From assembly GCA_002633005.1 (NCBI GenBank), contig NMRA01000017.1, positions 1,398,071 to 1,442,919 of the forward strand: a DNA stretch of 44,849 bases. Reading direction: 5' to 3'. The notes under the pieces were generated by a model that was not told the origin of the DNA, ran no database searches, and saw nothing but the letters and a program-made list of their open reading frames with translations. Position 1 is the stretch's first letter; the number at the start of each line of letters is the position of its first letter. This stretch comes from Phoronis australis. Taxonomy: Eukaryota > Animalia > Phoronida. Shown in pieces: positions 12,991-23,028 of this stretch. The position numbers and the translations under genes were made by a program.

Positions 12991-14584
12991 AGCCCTGACT
13001 TGGGTATCATTTCTCTGCTGAAATTGTTTTGGAAGGCACACATTATAATGTACATATTATGTGTTTTTTACAATAATGTGGTAAAAAGCTCACCAAGAAC
13101 AGTGCGATCGAAAATTAAACAACACAAAAATTTGGACACCATAACCATAATTATGGTGTCTAAATGATAAACTGATGATGGCGAATTAGCGTCGCGTAAC
13201 CTGGTGAAATCTGTACGCGACAGGCTTCAAAACTTGTTAAATAGTTTTTCTTGATGTTTACGTCATTTTTTATCTCCCGACCTTTACTCTCTAATTAAAC
13301 AACAGCCCTATAAACAGCTCGATGCTTGCATTGCAATCTACTAGGACTCGACGATAATAAGATACTCTTTCTGCTCAATTTTAGTTAAAAACTTCAAAAC
13401 CCCCCGGATTTTTACGCAAGATATTTGAGTCGAAAATAAAGCCCAAATAATACCCATTCAACACAACTCCAAATATTTCCAGACTTAAGTGAATTTAATA
13501 TAGGTTTTTTAGATTAATTTTTATTTTAGTGGTGCACCAGCACCATAAAATGGCCGCCGTAGTCAGTGACAGCTTAACAGTGTATTATGGGTAATCACTC
13601 AACTGCCGCTATATGTACACGAGGCAACTTCTGAGCTAACATTTGGGATTTTGTTACTCCATGCGCCAAAACAAGCTTAAGCCAGACTGTGACTAACCAT
13701 CGTAACTGATTCACAAATTAATGCTCGTGACTAAGCCGCGATGCTGAAAACCTCGCTTATTTCTCTCAAAATGTATCAGTTTAAAAATTCAAATACGGCT
13801 GTTATTCACTTTTCAATTTTAAAAACAGTCATCTTGGTCGTTTACCTTTAATTACTTGTTGTTCGTCTTTTGACTTTGAAACCAGTACGCTTAAAAGGCG
13901 CATTGGTTTACGACAGCAATACATATTCAGGCAAGTTCATGAATAATGACTACCTCACTTCCATCCGTGACGGCGTCCTTTAATGTGCCGATGATTTCAC
14001 TGAATACTCTGAGGCAAACAGTGCATGCTTTCTCGTCCACTTGTGTGCAAATCCTGTTAGCGTAAGATTTGCGTAATGTATTCTCTAATTTCTTTTACAA
14101 CGCATCGAGTTTAAAAATTCGAAGACAGCTAATATTTAATTTTCAATTTTAAAAACAGTCATGATAGTCGTTTGCTTTACTTAATGTTCGTTTTTTTACT
14201 TTGAAAAAAGAACACTAAGCCGGCGCTTTGGTTACGACCGCAGTTATATATTCCTATACACATTCGGCGAAGCCCATGATTTGCTCACATCAATCTGTGA
14301 CGGCGCCATAAAGACTTAAAGGCGAAGGCAACCTTTTTTCATGTCATTTTGAGCTAAAATAAGGTTTGTTGGTTATCCTAGACACATTTTCCACTTAATT
14401 ACAGCTTTTCATAATTTTGTTAATTACTCGTCCGCTATTCCGGAAGTGACGTTTTAGGAGGCAAGCATTTCGCGCCAATTTCTTTTCATATAGTCTGACT
14501 GTGAGAGCTGCCGAGTCAGTCATTGTTCTACCTCGGTTGTGTTAAGTTACGTCGTCGTTTGCTTTCATTCACTAGTCAGTCAAC

Positions 14585-15386
14585 ATTCCACACTGTTGCT
14601 GCGTACCGGGATGTACTAATTATCGTCTAACGCGCACTTTGGGAGTACCTTAGCATCGCTTTCCGATGGATGACACACTTCGCCGTACTTGGCTCGTTCG
14701 TTTGAAGAACGCAGCGTTATCCGTCCACGCAACGTACAAAGCAGTCGAGAATTACTGTGTGTGTGGCAAGCACTTTCTGCCGTCCGATTACGAAAGGGAT
14801 TTGTACGCTGAACCGATGAAGGTCCCTGCGAAACAACGCCTGAAGAAGGATGCCATTCCGTCTGTGTTGATTCCCGGCAGTGCCCCGTCGCCACCCCCGA
14901 GAAGTGCGTTTTTGAAGAGAGAAGCCTCGCTAGCTGTGGCCAGTACTGTGACTGGAGCCAGTGGAGGCACTTCATCCACTGTCACCCATGCCTACGAACG
15001 TACCCCAGAGCGTGCCATTCCTGGAACCAGTAGTGATTCGCCCTGTGCTGTTTTCTCCAGCCCAGAGCCTCTAAGCAGCCCTGCAGCGATATTGAGTAGT
15101 GGGAGTGATTACAGGCCCAGTTCGACACCCAGTGAAGAGGACAGTTCGTCGTCCAGTGAACAGATCGGTGAGCCAAACTTTGATAAGTTTATTGTGGACT
15201 TGTCTAAAGTGTTGAAGCTATTTAGAAGGTGCCAGGCGTGTGGCGAGGGAGTCACACGACACGATGTAAGCAGTTTGGGTGCTCGGGTCACCATCCAGTG
15301 GGAGTGTGTCGCGGGACACTCTGGCAAGTGGGACAGTTGTTCCTCTGTCCGTAGTATGCCGGAGGTCCATTTAACCGTGTCCAGTA
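14585..15386 (+). pseudogene. THAP-domain transposase N-terminus (Kolobok-type), truncated before the catalytic domain
   Basis: (I)PHCCCVPGCTNY...VP*HRFPMDDTLRRTW...VCGKHF...LKKDAIPS is a full THAP signature, with the probable start ATG mutated to ATT (14585) and a stop at 14651. A Ser-rich linker and a CQAC...CVAGH..W zinc finger follow. Confidence 0.8.
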
Positions 15387-15680
15387 GTGGCTTGGCTTCG
15401 TCGAACTCTGAACAGCGCAAGCATTCCATTGAGGTACATGTAGGCATAACAACGCACACAGTGCATTTGCACCAAGATGTGTCACCACGTCTGTCCTCAG
15501 TAGCCGCCTCGTTTCTCTCAACAGCTGCCTGTGCCTGTGCGTACTCTGCCTCGTTATAATCGGGCTCAAACATGTACCCACTGAATGTCCGTGAAAAAAT
15601 TTCTCGTCACCACTGCTGTGAACAAGGTCTCCGTCACTCGCACTACTGTCACTGTGATTCGGGTCACCGACTCCAGCCAT
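15385..15680 (-). pseudogene. KolX-like / P2X7-ballast(nanor)-like Cys-rich protein, 5' part
   Basis: MAGVGDPNHSDSSASD..., then after a frameshift YMFEPDY...RRGDTSWCKCTVCVVMPT..SMECLRCSE. Shows the Y-x-F-E-P and W-C-x-C-x2-C...E-x-L-C-C motifs; CC is intact in copy 2. Confidence 0.7.
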
Positions 15681-16038
15681 TTTCGGCTTACAACACACTA
15701 AACAATCCCTAAATCCAACGTAGTTGAGTTCTTTACTAACCTATCTTGCCGTAGAATACTCGCCGATGGAAAGTGGTGGCGACAATTGTTGAAAAACAGC
15801 ACAAAACAAAAGTAGAATAGAACAGATTCGCACGGTAAACTCAACGCAAAACCAAGTGGCGGGAAACGCTTGCCTCCTAAAACGTCACTTCCGGAGTAGA
15901 GGACAAGTAATTAATAAAATTACGAAAAGCTGTAATTAAGTGGAAAATATGTCTAGGATAACCAACCAACCTTATTTTAGCTCAAAATGACATGAAAAAA
16001 GGTTGCCTTCGCCTTTAAATGTGCCAAGGAATTCGCTG

Positions 16039-16208
16039 CGAAGAGTCACAAGAAGGGCCGTGCCCGAGTGCTGTCTAATCAAATGCTTACAGGCAACGTC
16101 AGCCCTGGAGTTCTGCGCCTTCTGCTGTCACGGGGATGGTCTTGGGAGGGGATTAATGCACCAGCATATCCCCAATGATCCTGTCCGTGACAGGTATTAC
16201 AGGTATTA
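16039..16208 (+). mobile_element. Short 5'-truncated non-LTR retroelement/SINE insertion
   Basis: Flanked by a 14-bp direct repeat caaggaattcgctg (16025-16038, 16209-16222) and ends in a (CAGGTATTA)2 tandem tail. Confidence 0.65.
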
Positions 16209-17760
16209 CAAGGAATTCGCTGGTTTCAATGGGGTGAATAGTGCGCGTTTTCTCGTCCAATTGCGTGCAAATCCTGTTAGCGCAAGATATGCCTAAGGAA
16301 TGAAGTTACCGCCCACTTTAAAAGCTTTTAAATAAAAATCAAAAGTGAAGAAGACAGACACAAACAGGGCTGAAAGTTGTGAAAAAAAAAACTTTCTGGA
16401 CTTACCAGGGCGGTTTCTGGGCTTACCCCAGCCACCTGTACCACCCGGATGGAGTCAACTTCAACCGGTGTGGCCTCCAAAAACACGCGTTTGGCTATTG
16501 GTCACCACCTTCACCAACTAGGCATTCTCACCCTCTAGTCCCTCCCCCCATACCTCACCCTCCCTTCCATGTATTTCCTTTATATTTATTTCATATATTT
16601 TTATTCTTTGCTCAAAGTATTCTCACATTCCGGCGGTTTGTCTACAGAGGGCCTTGCAATGTTCTGTTCTAATCACTATTTCGTCGGTGTTTTTCCAACG
16701 AGGTTCTTCTTTTAATCACAGGATTATTTATATCCCCTTATTTACATCCTTTACTGGACAAGGTTGGCAAGGGTACATGTCACTCTACACGATCTTCAAT
16801 CACTGATCGGACTACTCAACTTCTCCTGCTCATTCATCATGCCCTGCTGCGAATACCTGTGTCGCCTCATCAACCTCACCATTGGTATTTCTAGACCAGA
16901 CCACTTAGTCACTCTCAGTAAGGAAGCCAGAGCAGACTTCAGGGCTTGGTTAATTTCCTCCAAGAGTTCAACGGGAAAGCACTGTTCCTATTCGACGAAT
17001 GTACATCTTTTGACACCATCAAACAGTAGTCCGACGCTGTAAGCACCAGTGGGGGCTTCGCGGCACCACTGGAGGCTTCCTGGTTTGCCAGCACTTGGCC
17101 GGCCCACCTCCAGCACCATCACATTACGTCATCGCGCTGGAGCTGTAGGGCTCAAAACTCGCCAGCTGCAAGATTCTCTTTCTAGGTGACAACAATGCTG
17201 TCGTCGACATTATCAACAAGACCTCTTCCCATCACCCCCATTATGTCCGTAGTTCGTCGTCTCGTCCTCTCTGCTCTTACCTTTAAAGTTCATTTTGTGC
17301 TAAACCTATGCCTGGCTTCATTAACGTTGTTGATGTTGACGCACTTTCTCGTTTCAACTTTCAGATTGCATTTTCCCAGGGTTTTTGGCTGAGCCCTCAT
17401 CTGACGCCGATCCCACCACATCTCTTGGAGGCGTGACCAGACTGCTCCGGGCTTCCCTGGCCCCTTCCACTCTACAGTCCTACACCCGTATCTTCAAGAA
17501 CTTTTCAAAGTTCCACCTATCCTCTAAACTCTACCCTTTTGCCTTGCCCATTAACACAACTACTTTAGCCAACTAAATCTCCCATCTTTTCGAATCTGGC
17601 CTTCGAGTGCCTCGTCTATCCTGTCCCATGTTTTGCCCACAAACTGGACAACCTCACTGACTCTATCTCCTCCTTTTTCATCAAAAAGCTCCTCAGAGAC
17701 GCTTGCAATCTCCGCTCATCTGCTGACAAACAAATGTCCTTTACCTCAGTCTTGCTGCAT

Positions 17761-18331
17761 GACGGCGACATCCCGTTGCTCCCAACTTGTTCGATTCTAT
17801 AGCCCAACAACAAGTTGGGAAGTTTACCCTGTAGCCAATATCTTACACGACTGATTACTCCATTCTGGCATTTAGGGTTGGGGGGCCTGCGCTCTTTTGT
17901 TCGATAATTGCTCCAATCTCCGATCAGATCGCACCTATCCTGACTGGGCTGGGCTGATAAAAATGAAAGTTAAGTTATAACTTATTTAAGCTTAAACCAA
18001 TAGCATTTCTGAATTCCTCGTCAAATGCTGATCTTGTTCCGTTTTTAAATCACCAAACTCGCCCAACTACAACAGAATTTAATACAATCTATTCTGTCCA
18101 AACGGATTAGCAACGCACTGGGTTTGACTGTGTTCTGAATACGCGTTCGGTAATAGCGTGCAACCACCATACGTTTCCTTTGAAGCCTGGGAGGTAATTG
18201 GCCTGCTTGTTATCATACGGGACAAAAGACTGAGCTGGGCAGTTCACAAAAGAGCCAGATGTTATCGCACGTACAGCACCCCGCACGTCTGGAAAAGTTG
18301 CTGAACGACAGAACGCTGTAATGGCTCCGTC
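17761..18331. mobile_element. ~570-bp insertion inside the YR gene
   Basis: YR-like coding stops at ...SFTSVLLH (17760) and resumes ~18332. Short imperfect inverted ends gacggcgacat / atggctccgtc; no TSD seen. Confidence 0.45.
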
Positions 18332-18708
18332 TGTTCGACTCCTGACCTCCGTTCTTTTACCGACTCCGTTCTCGCACGAGTCATGTTCCCCCTAACCTTT
18401 CAAGCCTTTCTCGGAGGCGGCGAATGCACACTAACCTCCTCAATTCTCAGTTCTCATGTCATCCAGGACAGCGACGTCGTTTTCTCACCCTCTGGCGACT
18501 CTGTGGTCAACACCATCAGTACTTTTAAGCACAGCTCGGGACCAGTCTCATCCTGCCGTCCAATCTCCCCCATTGCCCCGTAGCCGCCCTAACTTTGCAC
18601 TTTTCTACCTTTCAGTCCACTCCAGGCTCCCTGTTAACACCTCAGGTGATCACCGGTAACCCGTTCCTGCTTCAACTCGATGTCAATTAAAGTAGTTTCC
18701 TGTACAGG

Positions 18709-18852
18709 TGCGGTAACTTGGTTAGTAAAGTCAGAGAGAAAACTAGCCACGTCTGACAACAACCATGTTTTTATTACCCAACATCCTTAGCTACACCACA
18801 CCAGAGACACCAAGTGTCGAACAAGTACACTAGACGCAATCAAGATACTGCA
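18709..18852 (-). repeat. 3' LTR of Gypsy-1
   Basis: Identical to 22885-23028; AATAAA on the minus strand at 18770-18775. Confidence 0.97.
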
Positions 18853-18865
18853 TCCCTCCCTTCCT
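18853..18865 (-). other. Polypurine tract of Gypsy-1
   Basis: Minus strand AGGAAGGGAGGGA abuts the 3' LTR. Confidence 0.9.
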
Positions 18866-18922
18866 AAGTCTAAACTTAACTCTACTTATGAGTTACACAC
18901 TAAACACAAGAGTCAAAGTGCT

Positions 18923-21900
18923 CTACAAGTCAAGTCTATCAGGAGCCTTCACAGTCCGTTGTGAGCGACGAACAACTGGTGTTCCGGTTGGCGGTATATT
19001 GTTCACCACATCTGGCACGATACCCTGATCTGAAGGTTTATCAATAGAATTATTAACACTAGTGTCTGGTACAAACACAAAATCCTTAGAGTCAGCACTA
19101 ATGAATGAATCTGATTTCAGTTCACGATCTGGTTTCATGCTATGAACAATATGATCAACATGGCGCTTCAGGACACGTCCATCATCCAGCTCAATCAAAA
19201 ACGTAACTGGACCACTCTGATCAGCAACTGTTCCGAACAACCATTTTGCATCACCTGAAGCATGATTTTTTACCAAAACTTTGTCACCAACATCGAATGT
19301 TCGCAATCGAGCAGACTTATCATGCTGGCTCTTTTGATCCATTTGTTTTTCCGCCACTTTTGCATTCAAATTGGGCCGCAAATTGTCCAAACGCGATCTG
19401 ATCTTCCGAGAATAAAGTATCTCGCACGGCGGTTCACCGGTAGTTGTTTGTGGCGTTAACCGGTACCACATCAAAAACTTTGACACACGCTCACTCAGTG
19501 TTTTACCACTGACTTTCTTGAGTCCTTCCTTCACAGTCTGAACAGCTTTCTCAGCCATACCATTGGACGACGGATGGTATGGAGAAACAAGGGTATGCTT
19601 AACAGCATTACTGTTTAAGAAGTCCTTGAATTCACGACTGGTGAAACACGTACCATTATCACTGACTATGACACGGGGAACTCCCCTGTCCGCGAAAGAT
19701 TTCCGCAATCCATCAATGGTAGCACTAGTTGAAGTTGAATGAGTTATGTGAACATCGATCCATTTTGACTTAGAGTCAATAATAATCAACAGCATTTTCC
19801 CTTCAAATGGACCGGCATAGTCTATGTGCAGTCGTTCCCAAGGCTCACCTGGGAAGACCCAAGGGTGCAGCGGTGCATTCGCTGGGGCTTTCCTACTCTG
19901 GCAGCATGACGAACAACCACGGACGACACGTTCAATCTCTGAGTCCATGTTAGGGTACCACACATAACACCTCGCTAATGCCTTCATTCTAGACATTCCC
20001 GGATGGGCTTCATGAAGTTCACTGAGAATGTGTGTACGCAATACGGTGGGGATTACTAAACGACAACCCCAAAGTAAACAGCCATCCTCCAAACTCAGCT
20101 CGAGCTTACGATTGTAGAATGGACGAAAATTGTCACCAATGTCCGACGGCCAACCAAATTTCACGAAGTGCACGACTTTCGAAAGAATAGGGTCTCGTGC
20201 GGTCAAACGTTTCACTTCGGCTACGTTTGCACAAGTCGATGACAACTGTTCCTTAAGCCAATTTACACGTCCGGGTACAGCGACATCCGTAGGAGCAGGG
20301 TCGACCGGTAATCGGCTCAGCGCGTCAGCATTTCTAAGTTTAGAACCCGGTTTATACCGAATCTCATAACAATATGCTGATAGTATCAACGACCAACGCG
20401 TTAAACGATCTGAAGCCATTTGCGGAATCCCTTTTCTTGTTCCGAAAATATTCATCAAGGGTTTATGATCAGTCTCGATAACAAAGTTTCTTCCATACAA
20501 ATACTGATGGAAATACTTCAACCCGAAAATAATTGCAAGTCCCTCTTTGTCTAACTGACTATAGTTCTTTTCCGCACTGCTTAGAGTTCGTGAGGCAAAA
20601 GCTATCGGGCGCTCATCTGGATCAGTATGTGCAATAACAGCACCGACACCATACGCAGATGCATCACAGGTGAGTACTATCGGTTTTTCCGGATCATAAT
20701 GAGCGAGCACAGTGTCAGAACACAGCAAATCCTTTGATGCACGAAATGCGTCTTCTTGGCGGCTCGACCAACGCCAAGATTTGTTTTTGCGTAATAATTC
20801 GTACAGAGGTGCAAACTGTGTTGACGCATTGCGAATGTATTTGCCGTAGTAATTTACCATTCCAAGGTAAGCTCTCAGTTCAGACACATTATTCGGCACT
20901 GGGGCATTTCTAATGGCCTCGATTTTAGCATTAGTAGGATGAAGTCCTTGTGCGTCAATACGGTGACCTAAATACTCGATCTCGTCCTGTAAGAAATTAC
21001 ACTTTGAACGATTTAATGTGAGTCCAGCATCTGACAGCTTTTGCAAAACAGCTTTCAGATTTGCAAAATGTTCATCCCGTGTTTTACCCGTAATGACTAT
21101 GTCATCTAAGTACACTATGACACCGGGTAACCCTTGTAATAACGTGTCTATGGCGCGTTGCCAAATCGCAGGGGCGGACGCGATTCCAAACGCTAGTCGC
21201 TCTTGACAATACAGACCACGATGAGTGTTGATCGTTAGATACTCTTTCGAGCGATCATCAACTTTCATCTGTAAGTAGGCGTTGCTCATGTCCAGTTTTG
21301 AAAACTGGCTACCAAGAGCTAACTTAGTCTGCAGTTCGTCGATTCTCGGTAATGGGTACTTATCAAGAATTGCAACTTGGTTCACAGTCACTCGATAGTC
21401 GCCGCAAATGCGAATTTTCCCATTAGCCTTTACCACGGGCACAATGGGGGTAGCCCACCTCGAAGATTCCACTGGGCTAATGATTCCCAATGATTCTAAT
21501 CGATCAAGTTCTTCGTCCACTTTATCACGGAGAGCAAAGGGTACCGAGCGAGCCTTGAAAAACCGAGGTTTCACATCGGACGGTATGTGTAAACGTGCTT
21601 CGACGCCTTTCATGAGACCAAGTTCATCGGAGAATAAGTGAGCAAATGCATTTAACATTTCATCTAAGTCACTAACTTTCGCAGATAACTTGTTAACGAC
21701 GTTACAATCACTCAGGAGACGGTCGCTCCAGTCAGGACCAAGCAAAACAGCTAACCAGTCACGGCCAAGTAAACATGGCCCATCACCAGGGACCACCAAA
21801 AATGACAAGTCATACTTCTGGCCATTAGCTGTCACGCAAACATCGGCTTTACCGCGCAAATCAAGTTGCTCTTTCGTATATGTATACAGAGTATCATCCG

Positions 21901-22849
21901 CAGGTCTCAGTTTGGGTTTTGCACTTGAATAATGACTATCAAACTGCCTTTGGGTTACAATTGTTCGCGGAGAGCCAGTGTCAAGCTCAAATTGCATAGG
22001 ATTTCCATCCACACACATTAGTGTTTTCACAGGTAGCTCAAACTTACCCTTATTATATAAAGTATTTAACAAGGAGCCATTGTCCGCTGACACATGGTTC
22101 ATACGTTTGGTTTTCGATTTCGGTTTCGATGATTTCGAAGGTACAGAACGGTCTGGGCATTTCCGTTGAATGTGTCCCGTTCTGTGGCATCCATGACATT
22201 CCGCGTCTCTGAATCCACATTTGTCTGGGTAGTGTTGACCTCCACAACGAAAACACGGTTTGGGGGGTTTCTGTTGCTGTGGTTTGTGATGTACGTGGTT
22301 CACACTTGAGGTTGGAGACTGACCAATGCCTAAATCCCTAGCATTGTCTACTGCCATTTCCATGCTTGAGCAGATCTCATGGGCCTTGGAGAAGGTTAGG
22401 TCTTTAATTGCAAACAACCGCTTTTGAATTTCAAAGTTCTCAACCCCACACACAAGCCGATCTCGTAGCATGTCCTCCAGGTTGTTGCCATAATTGCAAT
22501 GTGCTGCCAACTCCTGCAACCTACTGATAAAATTTGACATTTTCTCCCCTTTTTCACGTTTTGCGGAATTAAATTTATATCGTGCAACAATGGGGTTAGG
22601 TGTAGGAGAATAGTGGTTTTTTAACACATCAAGAAGCTCAGAATACGACTTATTCTCTGGTTTAGACGGTTGGATTAAGTTCCTCACCAACTGGTAGGTT
22701 TCCGATCCACACGAGGTCAAGAAAATGGCGCGCTTCTTGATCATTGTGTCTATGTCATTCGCCACGAAATAAAACTCTAAACGTTCCACATACGATTGCC
22801 ACGATTCCACCGCTTGGTCAAAATAAGACAGAGCACCGTGGACTGCCAT
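18923..22849 (-). CDS. Gag-Pol polyprotein (Gag with two Zn knuckles, aspartic protease, RT, RNase H, integrase), 1308 aa
   Basis: Zn knuckles CFRCGGQHYPDKC / CHGCHRTGHIQRKC; protease LDTGS; RT YLDD; RNase H CDAS...TDH...ADALSR; integrase HEAH...CSSC, HIDYAG, SDNG, SNGMAE. Order PR-RT-RH-IN is Gypsy. Confidence 0.97.
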   Translation of the reverse strand: MAVHGALSYFDQAVESWQSYVERLEFYFVANDIDTMIKKRAIFLTSCGSETYQLVRNLIQPSKPENKSYSELLDVLKNHYSPTPNPIVARYKFNSAKREKGEKMSNFISRLQELAAHCNYGNNLEDMLRDRLVCGVENFEIQKRLFAIKDLTFSKAHEICSSMEMAVDNARDLGIGQSPTSSVNHVHHKPQQQKPPKPCFRCGGQHYPDKCGFRDAECHGCHRTGHIQRKCPDRSVPSKSSKPKSKTKRMNHVSADNGSLLNTLYNKGKFELPVKTLMCVDGNPMQFELDTGSPRTIVTQRQFDSHYSSAKPKLRPADDTLYTYTKEQLDLRGKADVCVTANGQKYDLSFLVVPGDGPCLLGRDWLAVLLGPDWSDRLLSDCNVVNKLSAKVSDLDEMLNAFAHLFSDELGLMKGVEARLHIPSDVKPRFFKARSVPFALRDKVDEELDRLESLGIISPVESSRWATPIVPVVKANGKIRICGDYRVTVNQVAILDKYPLPRIDELQTKLALGSQFSKLDMSNAYLQMKVDDRSKEYLTINTHRGLYCQERLAFGIASAPAIWQRAIDTLLQGLPGVIVYLDDIVITGKTRDEHFANLKAVLQKLSDAGLTLNRSKCNFLQDEIEYLGHRIDAQGLHPTNAKIEAIRNAPVPNNVSELRAYLGMVNYYGKYIRNASTQFAPLYELLRKNKSWRWSSRQEDAFRASKDLLCSDTVLAHYDPEKPIVLTCDASAYGVGAVIAHTDPDERPIAFASRTLSSAEKNYSQLDKEGLAIIFGLKYFHQYLYGRNFVIETDHKPLMNIFGTRKGIPQMASDRLTRWSLILSAYCYEIRYKPGSKLRNADALSRLPVDPAPTDVAVPGRVNWLKEQLSSTCANVAEVKRLTARDPILSKVVHFVKFGWPSDIGDNFRPFYNRKLELSLEDGCLLWGCRLVIPTVLRTHILSELHEAHPGMSRMKALARCYVWYPNMDSEIERVVRGCSSCCQSRKAPANAPLHPWVFPGEPWERLHIDYAGPFEGKMLLIIIDSKSKWIDVHITHSTSTSATIDGLRKSFADRGVPRVIVSDNGTCFTSREFKDFLNSNAVKHTLVSPYHPSSNGMAEKAVQTVKEGLKKVSGKTLSERVSKFLMWYRLTPQTTTGEPPCEILYSRKIRSRLDNLRPNLNAKVAEKQMDQKSQHDKSARLRTFDVGDKVLVKNHASGDAKWLFGTVADQSGPVTFLIELDDGRVLKRHVDHIVHSMKPDRELKSDSFISADSKDFVFVPDTSVNNSIDKPSDQGIVPDVVNNIPPTGTPVVRRSQRTVKAPDRLDL

Positions 22850-22864
22850 TCTGATCCAAAGTTT

Positions 22865-22877
22865 ATCCTCGTCGCCA
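22865..22877 (-). other. Primer-binding site, tRNA-Ser(GCT)
   Basis: Minus strand TGGCGACGAGGAT, 7 nt downstream of the 5' LTR, is complementary to the ATCCTCGTCGCCA 3' end of animal tRNA-Ser(GCT). Confidence 0.85.
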
Positions 22878-22884
22878 ATAAATA

Positions 22885-23028
22885 TGCGGTAACTTGGTTA
22901 GTAAAGTCAGAGAGAAAACTAGCCACGTCTGACAACAACCATGTTTTTATTACCCAACATCCTTAGCTACACCACACCAGAGACACCAAGTGTCGAACAA
23001 GTACACTAGACGCAATCAAGATACTGCA
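22885..23028 (-). repeat. 5' LTR of Gypsy-1
   Basis: Identical to 18709-18852. Confidence 0.97.

Larger units (their letters stand above)
14320..16014 (+). mobile_element. Kolobok-like DNA transposon, internally deleted (copy 1)
   Basis: TTAA on both sides (14316-14319, 16015-16018), AGG...CCT termini and ~158-bp near-identical TIRs (14320-14477 / 15857-16014). Convergent THAP-transposase and Cys-rich genes match the Kolobok layout. Confidence 0.85.
13770..16296 (+). repeat. Two diverged tandem units of ~330 bp; the second is split by the Kolobok-like element and a short retro-insertion
   Basis: tttaaaaattc...ttttcaattttaaaaacagtcat occurs at ~13780 and ~14110; gtgacggcg at ~13967 and ~14297; ttctcgtcca.ttg.gtgcaaatcctgttagcg at ~14030 and ~16250. 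Confidence 0.7.
18709..23028 (-). mobile_element. Full-length Ty3/Gypsy LTR retrotransposon, Mag-like lineage
   Basis: Two identical 144-bp TG...CA LTRs, 5-bp TSD ACAGG (18704-18708, 23029-23033), PBS, PPT and an uninterrupted gag-pol ORF. Confidence 0.97.

Noticed and set aside
10040-13600. Promoter-like motifs (acttccgg and aaaatggcgg at ~11311-11344; tgcgcatgcg at ~12016) and MITE-like stretches
   Set aside because: Could not pair termini or link them to a gene; probably repeat-derived but not supportable by eye.
15109-15573. 154-aa ORF as a complete protein, and the last ~55 aa of the 297-aa ORF
   Set aside because: Each ORF reads through the deletion junction into the antisense strand of the other gene, so the tails are artefactual.
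14320-16014. piggyBac assignment because of the TTAA TSD
   Set aside because: Termini are AGG/CCT rather than CCY/RGG, and THAP plus a convergent second gene fits Kolobok.
19262-22590. Short ORFs overlapping gag-pol
   Set aside because: Antisense or alternate-frame shadows of the long ORF with no recognisable motifs.
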